Below, piece by piece: positions 18,656 through 29,454 of a stretch of DNA of 64,000 nucleotides (positions are counted from its first letter, which is position 1; each line of letters begins with the position of its first letter). Location of the stretch: the NCBI GenBank assembly GCA_044223005.1, contig JBGAML010000001.1:1-64000 (forward strand), in the 5' to 3' direction. This DNA comes from Candidatus Eiseniibacteriota bacterium (GTDB taxonomy: Bacteria; Eisenbacteria; RBG-16-71-46). The position numbers and the translations under genes are program-made. Below the pieces are notes generated by a model. That model worked only from the letters and a program-made list of their open reading frames with translations, made no database searches and was not told the origin of the DNA.

Positions 18656-19884
18656 AGGTCCTCGTGCTCAACTGCGGCTCGTCCTCGGCCAAGTACCAGC
18701 TCATCGAGACGTCGCTCGAGGCGATCGAGAAGAACGCCGACCGCGAGATCGGCCGCGGGCTCGTGGAGCGGATCGGCACGTCCAGCGCGGTGCACGTGTT
18801 CCAGGCCGAGGGCCGCGATCGCGTCACGGATTCGGGCGAGATCCTCGAGCATCGTGACGCGCTCGCGCACATCGTGCGCATGCTCACGCACCCGGAGCAC
18901 GGCGTGATCCAGGATCCGTCGGAGATCCACGCCGTGGGCCATCGCGTCGTGCACGGCGGCGAGAAGTTCACGCAGTCCGCGCTCGCGACGCCCGAGGCGA
19001 TCCGCGCGGTCGAGGAGTGCGTGTCGCTCGCGCCGCTGCACAACCCGCCCAACCTGCGCGGGTACGAGGCGGCGAAGCGCATCCTGCCGAGCGTGCCGCA
19101 CGCGCTGGTGTTCGACACCGCGTACCACCAGACGATGCCGCAGCACGCGTACCTCTACGGCCTGCCGCACGTGCTCTACACGCGCCATGGCATCCGCCGC
19201 TACGGCTTCCACGGCACGTCGCACCGGTTCGTCGGCTGGCGCTCGCAGGCGCTGCTCGGGCGACCCCGCTCGGAACTGCGCCTGGTCACCTGCCACCTCG
19301 GCAACGGCGCCAGCGTATGCGCGATCGACCACGGCAAGTCGGTGGACACGTCCATGGGCTTCACGCCGCTCGAGGGCCTGCTCATGGGCACGCGCACCGG
19401 CGACATGGATCCGGCGGTCGTGTTCCACGTCATGCACGCCGAGGAGCTGACCGAACAGCAGGTGAACACGCTGCTCAACAAGCACTCCGGCCTCTACGGC
19501 GTCTCGGGCGTCTCCAACGACATGCGCGAGCTGCTGGCCGAGGAGGCGAAGGGGCACGCGCGCGCGAAGCTGGCGGTCGACATGTTCTGCTACCGGCTGC
19601 GCAAGTACATCGCCGCCTACGCCGGCGCCATGGGCGGCGTGGACGCGGTGCTGTTCACCGGCGGCATCGGTGAGAACGCGGCCGCGATTCGTGCCCGCTC
19701 GCTCGCCGGGCTCGAGTTCATGGGCGTGAAGCTGGACGCCGCCCGCAACGAGGCCGCGGTGCGCTGCGAGGCCACGATCTCGACGGACGATTCGCCGGTG
19801 AAGGTGCTCGTGATTCCCACCAACGAGGAGCTGATCATCGCTCGCGACACCGTGCGGCTGGTGACGGGCACGCCGCAGGTCTGA
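18652..19884 (+). CDS. ackA: acetate kinase
   Basis: [62 protein letters not shown]. Confidence 0.97.
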   Translation: MKVLVLNCGSSSAKYQLIETSLEAIEKNADREIGRGLVERIGTSSAVHVFQAEGRDRVTDSGEILEHRDALAHIVRMLTHPEHGVIQDPSEIHAVGHRVVHGGEKFTQSALATPEAIRAVEECVSLAPLHNPPNLRGYEAAKRILPSVPHALVFDTAYHQTMPQHAYLYGLPHVLYTRHGIRRYGFHGTSHRFVGWRSQALLGRPRSELRLVTCHLGNGASVCAIDHGKSVDTSMGFTPLEGLLMGTRTGDMDPAVVFHVMHAEELTEQQVNTLLNKHSGLYGVSGVSNDMRELLAEEAKGHARAKLAVDMFCYRLRKYIAAYAGAMGGVDAVLFTGGIGENAAAIRARSLAGLEFMGVKLDAARNEAAVRCEATISTDDSPVKVLVIPTNEELIIARDTVRLVTGTPQV

Positions 19885-20024
19885 GGCGCGGTCCGCACGG
19901 TGGACGGGGCCTGCGCCTTTGGTGGTATTGTGCGCACGGCGCCTCGAACGACAGGATGGAACGTGCCGGCCGCAGCGCGGCCGGCGTCGATGCACGACGG
20001 GTGATCCTCCGAAAGGAAGACGGT

Positions 20025-20831
20025 ATGCGATCCCTCCGGTTCCTCGTCGCGGTGCTCGTCACCGCGGCTTCCCTCGGGTTGCTGGCCTCCTGCCAGCCCA
20101 AGTCCGAATCCGGCGCTCCCACGATGTCGCATGCCGACTCGCTCCGGGCGCAGCAGGACTCGGTCCAGACGGCGGCGGCCGCGCAGCGGGGCGGCCGGGC
20201 GTTCGCCTCGCATTGCGCCATGTGCCACGGCAACACCGGCAACGGCGACGGCGACGCATCGGCTTCGATCGCCAAGCTGGGCGTGAACGTGGCGCGGCTG
20301 AACGACGCCGAGCTCATGGACCGCCTGAATCGCGCGCAGATCGTGGACGTGATCACGCGTGGCGGCGCACATACGAAGCGCTCGAACATCATGCCGGCAT
20401 GGGGCGAAAAGCTCGAGCCGCAGATGATCAGCGACATCGCCGATTACGTGATCACGCTGCGGACCGCGAACCCCGCGATCCCGCGCTCGACGCTGGCCGC
20501 GTACCTGCAGTCGCCTGTGGGCGTACCCGCCGACGGGCGCGAGCTGTACGTGCACCACTGCGTCGCCTGCCACGGCGACGAGGGCAAGGGCGACGGCCCC
20601 TACGGCCTGCGACTCGCCAAGGAACGCAACGTGAAGCCGCGCGACCTCACCGACTCCACGTACATCGGCAAGAAGAGCGACAAGGACCTGTTCGCGGTGA
20701 TCGACCTGGGCGGCGGCCACTTCAAGAAGGCCGTGTTCATGCCGTCGTGGACGCAGACGCTCTCGCCGGCGCAGATCTCGAGCATCATCGCGTACGTCCG
20801 CTCGATCTCGCACACCCGCGCGCAGCCGTAG
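20025..20831 (+). CDS. diheme class I c-type cytochrome, probable lipoprotein
   Basis: Lipobox LLASC; CAMCH...MPAW and CVACH...MPSW (two domains). Confidence 0.9.
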   Translation: MRSLRFLVAVLVTAASLGLLASCQPKSESGAPTMSHADSLRAQQDSVQTAAAAQRGGRAFASHCAMCHGNTGNGDGDASASIAKLGVNVARLNDAELMDRLNRAQIVDVITRGGAHTKRSNIMPAWGEKLEPQMISDIADYVITLRTANPAIPRSTLAAYLQSPVGVPADGRELYVHHCVACHGDEGKGDGPYGLRLAKERNVKPRDLTDSTYIGKKSDKDLFAVIDLGGGHFKKAVFMPSWTQTLSPAQISSIIAYVRSISHTRAQP

Positions 20832-21052
20832 CCGGACGCACCCCATCGCACACCGTCGCACGGGCCCGGGGCGCACGCCCCGGGCCTTCGTGTTTCATCG
20901 CGCGTTCGGCGCCGCGCAACCCGCGCGCCGGGCGCCGCCCCGAGGGGGGCCGCGCGCTGGCGTTCGGGCCGCGCGGTTCGCATACTGCGCGCGCGATCGA
21001 TCATCCGGGGCCCGCCGCGGCCCACGTCCCCTCCGACCGAGGAGTCCTCGCC

Positions 21053-22687
21053 ATGACGGCGAACGTGCCGCTCCCGAACCAGCGTCCCGCATGGAAGGCG
21101 CTCGAAGTGCATCACGCCGCGATCCGCGGCACGCACCTGCGCGAGCTGTTCGCGCAGGACCCCGCCCGCGCCGGGCGGATGACCGCCGAAGCGGCCGGGC
21201 TCTTCCTCGACTTCTCCAAGCACCGCGCGACGCCCGAGACGCTGGCGCTGCTCGTGCGGCTCGCCGAGGAGAGCGGCCTGCGCGCGCGGATCGACGCCAT
21301 GTTCCGCGGCGAGAAGATCAACGCCACCGAGAACCGCGCCGTTCTGCACACCGCGCTGCGCGCGCCGCGCGACCGCCGGATCGAGGTCGACGGCCGCGAC
21401 GTGGTGCCGGACGTGCACGCCGTGCTCGACCGCATGGCCGCCTTCTGCGACCGAGTGCGCTCCGGCGCGTGGACCGGGCACACCGGCCGGCGCATCCGCA
21501 ACGTCGTCAACGTCGGCATCGGCGGCTCCGACCTCGGCCCCGTGATGGCCTACCAGGCACTGCGCCACTACGCCGACCGCGGCCTCGTGATGCGGTTCGT
21601 CTCCAACGTCGACGGCACCGACTTCGCCGAGGCCGTGCGCGACCTCGACGCCGCCGAGACGCTGTTCGTGATCTCGTCCAAGACCTTCACGACGCTCGAG
21701 ACCATGACCAACGCGCACACCGCGCGCGCGTGGGCGCTCGCGGTGCTGAAGGACGACGCCGCGATCGCGAAGCACTTCGTCGCCGTATCGACGAACGCGG
21801 CGGAGGTCGGCAAGTTCGGGATCGACACCGCGAACATGTTCGGGTTCTGGGACTGGGTCGGCGGCCGCTATTCGATGGACTCCGCGATCGGCCTCTCCAC
21901 CATGCTCGCGATCGGGCCGGAACGCTTCCGCGAGATGCTCGCCGGCTTCCACGCCATGGACGAGCACTTCCGCACTGCGCCGTTCGACCGCAACCTGCCC
22001 GCGATCATGGGCCTGCTCGCGGTGTGGTACGTGAACTTCTTCGGCGCGCGCTCGATCGCCGTGCTGCCGTACGACCAGTACCTCGCGCGCTTCCCCGCCT
22101 ACCTGCAGCAGCTCACGATGGAATCGAACGGCAAGTCGGTGACGCTCGCCGGCGAGCCGGTCGCGTGGGCCACCTGCCCCGTCTTCTGGGGCGAGCCCGG
22201 CACCAACGGCCAGCACTCGTTCTACCAGCTGGTGCACCAGGGCACGGAGCTGATCCCGTGCGACTTCCTGGGCTTCCATCGCACGCTGAACCCGAGCGGC
22301 GCGCACCACGACATCCTGATGGCCAACCTGTTCGCGCAGTCCGAGGCGCTCGCATTCGGCAAGACCGCCGAGCAGGTGCGCGCCGAGGGCACGGCGGCAG
22401 CGCTGGTGCCGCACCGGGTGTTCGCGGGCAACCGCCCGAGCAGCACGATCCTCGCCAATGCGCTCACGCCGGCGACGCTGGGTGCGCTCGTCGCGCTGTA
22501 CGAGCACAGCGTATTCGTGCAGGGCGCGATCTGGGACGTGAACCCGTTCGACCAGTGGGGTGTCGAGCTGGGCAAGGTGCTCGCGCAGAAGATCGTGGCC
22601 GAACTGCAGGCGCCCGGCGAGCCCGCGCTCGCGCACGACGCGTCGACCAACGCGCTGGTGCGGCGCCACCGCGCGCGGCGGGGCTGA
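21053..22687 (+). CDS. pgi: glucose-6-phosphate isomerase
   Basis: [57 protein letters not shown]. Confidence 0.98.
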   Translation: MTANVPLPNQRPAWKALEVHHAAIRGTHLRELFAQDPARAGRMTAEAAGLFLDFSKHRATPETLALLVRLAEESGLRARIDAMFRGEKINATENRAVLHTALRAPRDRRIEVDGRDVVPDVHAVLDRMAAFCDRVRSGAWTGHTGRRIRNVVNVGIGGSDLGPVMAYQALRHYADRGLVMRFVSNVDGTDFAEAVRDLDAAETLFVISSKTFTTLETMTNAHTARAWALAVLKDDAAIAKHFVAVSTNAAEVGKFGIDTANMFGFWDWVGGRYSMDSAIGLSTMLAIGPERFREMLAGFHAMDEHFRTAPFDRNLPAIMGLLAVWYVNFFGARSIAVLPYDQYLARFPAYLQQLTMESNGKSVTLAGEPVAWATCPVFWGEPGTNGQHSFYQLVHQGTELIPCDFLGFHRTLNPSGAHHDILMANLFAQSEALAFGKTAEQVRAEGTAAALVPHRVFAGNRPSSTILANALTPATLGALVALYEHSVFVQGAIWDVNPFDQWGVELGKVLAQKIVAELQAPGEPALAHDASTNALVRRHRARRG

Positions 22688-22727
22688 AGGCGGCCACGCG
22701 CCGCAGCGCCTCGCGATCCTGACGACG

Positions 22728-22761
22728 ACGGGCCCGGGATGCTCGCGCATCCCGGGCCCGT
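22728..22761. terminator. hairpin between convergent pgi and subtilase genes
   Basis: 15-bp stem acgggcccgggatgc / gcatcccgggcccgt with a 4-nt loop. Confidence 0.7.
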
Positions 22762-22785
22762 TCGCCTTGACGGCCGTCTCGCGGC

Positions 22786-25700
22786 CTACTTGATCAGCAC
22801 CATCTTCCGCGTCTGCGAGAACTCCGGCGTGACGATGCGGTAGAAGTACACGCCCGCCGGCGCCGCGGTGCCTCCCGCCGTCCGGCCCGCCCACTCGAGC
22901 TGGTGGACGCCGGACTCGAGCTCGCCGTCCTGCAGCGTCGCCACGTGACGGCCATTCGCGTCGATGACCTGCACGTTCACCGGCGTGCGATGCGCCAGCG
23001 AGAAGTGGATCACCGTCCCGGCGCGGAACGGGTTCGGCGCGTTCGGCAGGAGCGCGTTGACGAGCGGGAGCAGCGGCGACATGACCGCCGCGCCCTTCTG
23101 CGGCGGGATGTTCGCGTTCGCGAGCCCGCCCGTGAGCGTGAGCGTGTAGCTGCTCGTCGCTCCCAGGTAACCGTTCACCTTGAGGTAGTACCGGCCGACG
23201 GCCGCGGAGTACGTCCCGACCTCGGGATTCGCGGTCGAATAGCCCTGCGCCACCTGCGTGAGCGAGGAGTTGTAGAGGAACCAGTCCAGGTCGGCCGACG
23301 CGCCGATCGCGAGCGAGATGTTGACCGTACCCGCGGTCGTGACGTCGAAGTAGTAGTAGTCGTTGTCGGTCGAGGTCGAGACGCTGCCGGTGACCGCGCG
23401 GCCGGTCCCGACCGGGCCGTCAGCCGTCGTCGAGGCGTCGTTGGGCTCCGACTCGGCCGAGATGCCCGGGGGCAGCGCCGCAGGCTCCGTCACGCTGATG
23501 TCGTCGAACGCCATGCCGTCGGCACCGCTGACCGGGTAATTGTCGTACTGCTGGAAGCGGATCACGAACGTGTTCGTGAGCGTGATTCCGTTGGCCGCCG
23601 CCAGCGCGTCGACGTCGAGCACGACGTTGCGCCAGGTGTTGTTGGAGTAGCTGGCCGGCGCGAGGCTGTACACCTTGGTGTACGTCGTGCCGCCGTTGCT
23701 GGAGAAGTAGATGCCGTCCTGGGTCTGGGTCTCGTCACCGAAATCCTTCCACCAGAACGACAGGTTCACCTGCGACTTGCCCGCGAGGTTCAGCTTCAGG
23801 TTCGCGTCGGTCGTGCTGTAGTTGTTGCTGACCGAGCAGTCCATGACCATGTGGTACGAGCCCGCGTGCGGGGTGTTCGCCGTCGTCAGCTGGACCCGCC
23901 CGCTCGCGGTCACGTTCGTGGTCCAGTACCCGTCGAACGCGCCACCCTCGAAGCCCGTGCTGTACGGCAGGGCCGCATAGCCGGTCGAGGCGACGATGCT
24001 GAAGTTCGCGTTGCTCTGGTCGTTGGCCGTGCCGCCGGTCACGCGCACACGGCCGGTGGTCGTGGTCGTCGAGGGCACCGTCCACGCCTGCGTGCCGTCG
24101 TTGGCCGTGCCCGCCGCGATCGACGTCCAGGTCGAGCCACCGTCGGACGAGTAGTCGAGGTTCACCGTCGTGAACGAGCCGACGGACGTCCACGTGATGT
24201 TGACGCTCGAACCCGCGGTGAGCGACTCGCCACCGTTCGGGTAGGTCACCGTCACCTGGTCGACGGGGGCCGTGACGATGCTGAAGTTCGCGTTGCTCTG
24301 GTCGGATGCGGTGCCGCCCGTCACGCGCACGCGGCCGGTCGTGGTGGTCGTCGTCGGCACCGTCCACGCCTGCGTGCCGTCGTTGGCCGTGCCCGCCGCG
24401 ATCGACGTCCACGTCGAGCCACCGTCGGACGAGTAGTCGAGGTTCACCGTCGTGAACGAACCCGAGGCCGTCCACGTGATGTTGACGCTCGAGCCCGCGG
24501 TGAGCGACTCGCCGCCGTTGGGATAGGTCACCGTCGCCTGGTCGACCGGCACGGAGCCCGCGACCGCGGCGGCCGCATCGACCATGCCGTAGCCGGAGTA
24601 GCGATCCCACCCGGCGACGGACTCGACGTTGACGATGTCCTGCGCCGTCGACGTGAGCCGCGCGCGGACCTGCGCCGGCGTGAAGCTCGGGTTCGCGGAC
24701 TTGATCAGCGCGCAGACGCCCGCCGCGTACGGCGTAGCGCACGACGTGCCGTTGAACCACTTCGAGTAGTCGCTCGCGTCGTATCCCGCCGAGCCGAGGC
24801 GGTCGGTGGTGGGCAGGATCGTGGGCGCGATCACGTCGACCGCGCCGGCGGCGTTCTGCGTCGTCACGCCGTAGTTCGAGCCCCACCAGCGCTCGCCGTC
24901 GCACGTGTAGCCGCGCGGGTCGGTGCTCACGCCGGGGTTCACTTCGGACGACAGGCTGCTCGAGCGCTTGCGATCGCCGCAGGGCGACGCCGCGCCGACG
25001 CCGATCACGTTGGCGTTGATGGCCGGGTAGCTGATGGTGCTGGCGTTCTCGTTGCCGGTGGCGGCGAGGATCGTGCAGCCGGCGTTGTAGGCGTACAGGA
25101 TCGCCGCGTCGGTCGCGGCGTCGCTGGAGATCGCCGCGCCGAGGCTCATGCTGATGATGTTCGCACCGTGATCAGCCGCCCAGTAGAGCGCGTTCTGGAT
25201 CGACGTGAACGACATCGTGCCCGCGCTGTTCGCGACCTTGAGGGGCATGATGCTGCAGCCCGCGGCGATGCCGACGCTGCCGAGCGAGTTGTTTCGCGCC
25301 GCCGCGACGCCGGCGCACGCCGTGCCGTGCCCGGCCGCGGCGGAGTTGTCGTCGGGGTTCGTATCGTTGTCGCCGAAATCGTACCCGGCCACCTGCACGA
25401 GGTCCGGGTGGGCCGCCTGCACGCCCGTGTCGATGATCGCGATGATGACGCTGCTCGAGCCGAAGCCCTGCGCGCCGTCCCACGCCACCTGGGCGTTGGT
25501 GTCGAACCCGACCGTGCCGACCGGCGAGCCCGTCTCGTGATTGTTGTTCGTCCAGTTGTAGCTCAGCATCTGGGCGGTGTTGTTGTGCCCCCAGTGGATC
25601 GAGTAGAGCGGATCCGCGGGCACGGCCGCCGGGAACGCGACGTAATCGAGCGTCGCGGCCTGGACGTCGGGCAGCGCGGCGAACTGCGCCGCCACGTCCG

Positions 25701-26118
25701 GCGCCGACTGCGCGGGGTCGAACTCGACCACGTACCAGCGTCCGACGCCGAGCCGCTCGGCTTCCGCGGTGTTCATCGGCTCCATGTACGCCGGCGACAG
25801 CGCGCGCGCCTGCACGCGGCTCAGCACGTTGTCGACCCCGCCGACGCCGAAGCGCGCGACGCGCGACACCTGCCCGAAGCGCAGCGATCGCGCCGTGGTC
25901 GACGCCGCCTTCGCGCCCGGCGTGAGCTGCACGAGCACGCGTCCGGGAACGTGATCCGCCACCGTCGGTGCGTTGGGCTGGAAGCCGTACTGCACCGGAG
26001 CGAATGCTCGCTCGCCGGCTCGGACGGGATGGAACGCGGCCAGCGCGAGCATCGCGGCGGTGGCCACGAGGGCGACACGAATCGCCCGGTTCACGGCAAC
26101 TGCGAGGCAGTGACGCAT
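22786..26118 (-). CDS. secreted S8 subtilisin-like serine protease with duplicated Ig-like modules, PPC domain and C-terminal FlgD-Ig-type domain
   Basis: IIDTG, GHGTACAG, AATGN, NGTSCATP catalytic motifs; ESEPND...DNDYY (PPC); C-terminal PNPF...GVYFYRI; GGAGGTG RBS. Confidence 0.93.
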   Translation of the reverse strand: MRHCLAVAVNRAIRVALVATAAMLALAAFHPVRAGERAFAPVQYGFQPNAPTVADHVPGRVLVQLTPGAKAASTTARSLRFGQVSRVARFGVGGVDNVLSRVQARALSPAYMEPMNTAEAERLGVGRWYVVEFDPAQSAPDVAAQFAALPDVQAATLDYVAFPAAVPADPLYSIHWGHNNTAQMLSYNWTNNNHETGSPVGTVGFDTNAQVAWDGAQGFGSSSVIIAIIDTGVQAAHPDLVQVAGYDFGDNDTNPDDNSAAAGHGTACAGVAAARNNSLGSVGIAAGCSIMPLKVANSAGTMSFTSIQNALYWAADHGANIISMSLGAAISSDAATDAAILYAYNAGCTILAATGNENASTISYPAINANVIGVGAASPCGDRKRSSSLSSEVNPGVSTDPRGYTCDGERWWGSNYGVTTQNAAGAVDVIAPTILPTTDRLGSAGYDASDYSKWFNGTSCATPYAAGVCALIKSANPSFTPAQVRARLTSTAQDIVNVESVAGWDRYSGYGMVDAAAAVAGSVPVDQATVTYPNGGESLTAGSSVNITWTASGSFTTVNLDYSSDGGSTWTSIAAGTANDGTQAWTVPTTTTTTGRVRVTGGTASDQSNANFSIVTAPVDQVTVTYPNGGESLTAGSSVNITWTSVGSFTTVNLDYSSDGGSTWTSIAAGTANDGTQAWTVPSTTTTTGRVRVTGGTANDQSNANFSIVASTGYAALPYSTGFEGGAFDGYWTTNVTASGRVQLTTANTPHAGSYHMVMDCSVSNNYSTTDANLKLNLAGKSQVNLSFWWKDFGDETQTQDGIYFSSNGGTTYTKVYSLAPASYSNNTWRNVVLDVDALAAANGITLTNTFVIRFQQYDNYPVSGADGMAFDDISVTEPAALPPGISAESEPNDASTTADGPVGTGRAVTGSVSTSTDNDYYYFDVTTAGTVNISLAIGASADLDWFLYNSSLTQVAQGYSTANPEVGTYSAAVGRYYLKVNGYLGATSSYTLTLTGGLANANIPPQKGAAVMSPLLPLVNALLPNAPNPFRAGTVIHFSLAHRTPVNVQVIDANGRHVATLQDGELESGVHQLEWAGRTAGGTAAPAGVYFYRIVTPEFSQTRKMVLIK
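23992..24546 (-). repeat. intragenic tandem duplication, 282-nt period (94 aa)
   Basis: Two near-identical copies (23992-24264 and 24274-24546) of TVTYPNGGESLTAGSSVNITWT...DQSNANFSIV. Confidence 0.9.
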
Positions 26119-26560
26119 GACACCTCCAGAGGCTGGGGACCTCGGGCCGGATTCCGCCGCGGGAATCAGCATGCGGAACCGGCTCTTCGCGGCCGTGCGG
26201 GGATGGTCAGCGGGGGACGTCGCAACGAGGTGCCAGACGAGCCGATCCTCCACGACGGATCGGCGGAGACTCGGCGTGGGCCGCGGGCGAGGCAACGACT
26301 TTCTGAACAAAGTCATGACCGGGCCGGGGCCTGTGTTTCGTGCCAGCAATCGAGCCGTCCCGTTCGCAGGATCTTGGCCTCGACGCTCGATTCGGCAACG
26401 AGTTGCACGTGCGCCCGCGGGAGGCCGGCGCGGGAGACGTCATGCGCCTTCTCCCGGACGACGGCCGCGAATGCGCCCTCGTCGCCCGACCTGCCCCGCG
26501 CCGACACGACGGCCCGGCGCTCGCGCGAGCGCCGGGCCGTGTCGTCCTCGTCGCGCCGTC

Positions 26561-26938
26561 TCAGGCGTGATCGTGCTCGTGATCGTGGTGACTGCAGGCG
26601 TGCACGCGCGTCACCTCGCCGAGCGAACCCGCCGCGAGCGCGTCGAGGCAGGCCTGCACCGTCGGGAGCTGGCCCTGGTAGACGCGGATGCCGCGCGCCT
26701 CGAGCTGCGAGAGCGCACCGCCGCCGATGCCGCGCAGGACGACCACGTCGACCGGAATGCCTTCGAGCGAACGCAGCGGATGGCAACGCCCGTGCTCGTC
26801 GTGGTGGTCGGGATTGGCGATCGGGCGCAGGGCGCCGGTGGCGGTATCGACCACCATGAACATGGGCGTGTTGCCGAAGTGGCCGCTCGTGGGACTGGCG
26901 AGGCCGTCGTTGCGTTCGATCGGGATGCAAACCTGCAT
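26561..26938 (-). CDS. NifB/NifX-like (FeMo-cofactor-binding fold) protein with His-rich tail
   Basis: SGHFG..PMFMVVD, GIGGGA...L...GIRVY, C-terminal CSHHDHEHDH. Confidence 0.88.
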   Translation of the reverse strand: MQVCIPIERNDGLASPTSGHFGNTPMFMVVDTATGALRPIANPDHHDEHGRCHPLRSLEGIPVDVVVLRGIGGGALSQLEARGIRVYQGQLPTVQACLDALAAGSLGEVTRVHACSHHDHEHDHA

Positions 26939-27091
26939 GGGAACTCCCGGAGTCGCGAGGTCGGTGCGCGGCGGACACTCCGGCGCGCGGCCCGATCGTA
27001 CGCCCGCCGCCACCGCGGCGCGAGCCGGCGCGCACCGAACGACGAACGGGCCCGGAGCGCATCGCCCCGGGCCCGTCGTGATGCCGTCGCG

Positions 27092-29134
27092 TCAGCTCTG
27101 CGGGGCGTCGCCGCCCTGCATGCCTTCGCTGATCTTCTTGCGCATCGCATCCGCCTCGGCGCTGCGAGCCGCGGGCGTCACGCTGCCCAGGTCGGCGCCG
27201 ATCTTCTCGGACAGCAGCATGGTGAGCAGCGCCTCCATCACGTTGCCACCCGTGCCGCCACCGTTCGCGCCGCCGCCCACGACGACGCGCGGGACCACGT
27301 CCACGCGCGAAGCCTGGATCGCCTCGGCGAAGCGGTTCATCACCATCTGCGTGAGCTGGAAGCGCGGGCCGCCGTAGGCGCGGACCTGCTCCTCGATCGC
27401 CATCGCCTGCGCCACGCCGACGCGCGCCGCGCGCTCGGCGTCGGCCGACGCGATCGCCTTGATCTTGCGGCCTTCGCCTTCGCCCATGATGCGCACCTTC
27501 TCGGCTTCGGCCGTCGCGAGCGTCTGGATGCGGCTCGACTCCTGCTGGGCGCGGGCCACGTCGGCCTTGCCCTGGTTGGCCTGCACGGTGATGGACAGCT
27601 CGGCCTCGGTGATCGCGGCCTGCTGGCGCGCGCGCTGTTCGGCTTCGCGCAGCTCGCGCTCCTTGACTGCCGCCACCTGCTGGCGGTTGTACGTCTCGAC
27701 CTGCTCCGTCGCGATCTGCCGCGAGCGGAGCTGGATCAGGATCTGCTCGATCTGGCCGCCGGGCGCGCCGCTCGTGGGCGTGCCGATCAGCACCTCCTGG
27801 AGCTCGAGGTTGTACTGCGCGAACTTGGCCTTCATCTCCTCGCCCGCGATCTGCTGGATCGCGCTGCGGTCCTGCAGCAGCTGGATCAGCGTGCGGGTCT
27901 GGCCGATGTTCTTGAAGTACGCGCTCACCATGGGGTCGAGCGTCTGTTCCACGAGGCGCTTGATGTCACCGAAGCGCTGGATCACGAGCGGCGCCTTGCG
28001 GTAGTCGATGTGCACGACGACCGACAGCGGCAGCGACGGCTCGAAAGCGTCCTTCGTGATCAGCGAGACCTCGGTGAGGTTCTCGTCGTACTTGTGCTCG
28101 CCGGACTCCGACTTGTTCCACTTGAGGATGAAGTTGGTGGTCGGGACGACGTTCACCTTGCCGGCGTAGGTGTTGAACGCGTACTTGCCCGGCATGAGCG
28201 CTTCGCTCCACACGCCGCGCAGGCCCTTCTGCACCAGCTCGCCGTGCTTGTAGTCCTCGCCCGAGAGATCGGCGCCCAGCTCGCCGGTGTAGCTCACGAC
28301 CACGCCGACCGTGCCGACTTCGATGATGGTCTTGGGCACCATCTCGACCGTCGCGAACAGGCGGTTGATGTAGTACGTGCCCTCGACGAGCACCTGCAGC
28401 TGGCGGCCGCGTCGCCCGCCCGCGGCGAGGAAGCGTTCCGGGTCCTGGAAGCTGTTGTGGTACGTCGTGGCGTTGGTCGCGTCCTCGCCGACCGTGGGCG
28501 CGATGATCTGGCCGACGGGCAGCGACGGGCCGTCGTGCACGGTCACGATGCCGACCATGTCGTCGGTGCCCTTGATCACGACCGGCGAGAAGCCGGCGCG
28601 CTCGCTGATCATCTTCGCCATGCGCGCGAACAGGTCCGCCTCGGCCTTGTCGAGCGCGAGAGCGTAGACGCGCTCCTCGGCGATCACGACGAACTGCGAC
28701 AGGTGGATGGCGTACGTGCCCTCGCGCAGGATCTTGCGCTGCGGCCCACGCTGGCCACCGGTGCGCAGGAAGGCTGCGGCGTCCTGGAAATCGGCGGCCT
28801 TCTCGTTGGACGCGAGCGTCTGCGACGGCGCCAGCACCTGGCCGTCACGCGCGAACACGTAGCCGATCCGGCCCTGCGGAATGGTCACGAGCGGCAGGAT
28901 GTGGACGGAGTACTGGATCGGCAGCAGGTAGTGGAGGCCACCGCGCAGCATGTCGGGCTGGAAACCGGCCTCGCCACCAAGGGCGATGATGCCGCTCTTG
29001 ATCGAGCCCTTGCCGCTCAGGCGCTTCTCGACGATGCCGATCTTGTTGTTCGGGATGTAGCGGAATCCCGACAACAGGAACAGCACGATCACCAGCGTGA
29101 CGAAGCCACCGAAGGACATCAGCACAGCAGGCAT
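27092..29134 (-). CDS. SPFH/flotillin-like membrane protein
   Basis: N-terminal TM; repeated G..G.Q...L..G.Y modules; LITKDAFEPSLPLSVVVHID; Ala/Glu-rich coiled-coil tail. Confidence 0.9.
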   Translation of the reverse strand: MPAVLMSFGGFVTLVIVLFLLSGFRYIPNNKIGIVEKRLSGKGSIKSGIIALGGEAGFQPDMLRGGLHYLLPIQYSVHILPLVTIPQGRIGYVFARDGQVLAPSQTLASNEKAADFQDAAAFLRTGGQRGPQRKILREGTYAIHLSQFVVIAEERVYALALDKAEADLFARMAKMISERAGFSPVVIKGTDDMVGIVTVHDGPSLPVGQIIAPTVGEDATNATTYHNSFQDPERFLAAGGRRGRQLQVLVEGTYYINRLFATVEMVPKTIIEVGTVGVVVSYTGELGADLSGEDYKHGELVQKGLRGVWSEALMPGKYAFNTYAGKVNVVPTTNFILKWNKSESGEHKYDENLTEVSLITKDAFEPSLPLSVVVHIDYRKAPLVIQRFGDIKRLVEQTLDPMVSAYFKNIGQTRTLIQLLQDRSAIQQIAGEEMKAKFAQYNLELQEVLIGTPTSGAPGGQIEQILIQLRSRQIATEQVETYNRQQVAAVKERELREAEQRARQQAAITEAELSITVQANQGKADVARAQQESSRIQTLATAEAEKVRIMGEGEGRKIKAIASADAERAARVGVAQAMAIEEQVRAYGGPRFQLTQMVMNRFAEAIQASRVDVVPRVVVGGGANGGGTGGNVMEALLTMLLSEKIGADLGSVTPAARSAEADAMRKKISEGMQGGDAPQS

Positions 29135-29454
29135 GACGATTCACCTCGCGGCCGGCTCACTCGCGACGCATGCGCGTGCGGTTCGCCCGGCGAATGGGGC
29201 ACTCCTCGTGCTACCGATCAGGGTCGATGGGGGGTCGCCGCGCCGGTACTGGCGCAGGCTCGCACGTTCGACGCGCGGTTGAAAGCGGGTGCCTTCGGCG
29301 TGAACGTTCTGCCCATGCCCTGAATTACGTGGACGTGCCCGCGCGTGTTGCCCCCGCCGAGGGCGCCCGGAACCCGAATCCGCCCATGGTTCTGCGGGTG
29401 CGGCAGCCTTCGTGCTTGGCTAGACTGCGGTTCCCGAATCAGCGGAGGGACGCC

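Noticed and set aside
26222..26235. sigma54-like TGGCAC-CTCG-TTGC (minus strand) upstream of the subtilase
   Set aside because: Spacing is GG-N9-GC, one base short of the strict GG-N10-GC requirement.
26561..26938. nitrogen fixation gene
   Set aside because: Stand-alone NifB/NifX-fold proteins are widespread in non-diazotrophs; no nifHDK in the window.
22903..29323. very long alternative-frame ORFs (e.g. 22903-26859 +, 26117-29323 +; also 8759-11716 - and 56276-59602 -)
   Set aside because: Antisense shadows of real genes caused by high GC and stop-codon scarcity; Arg/Ala/Gly-rich with no motifs.
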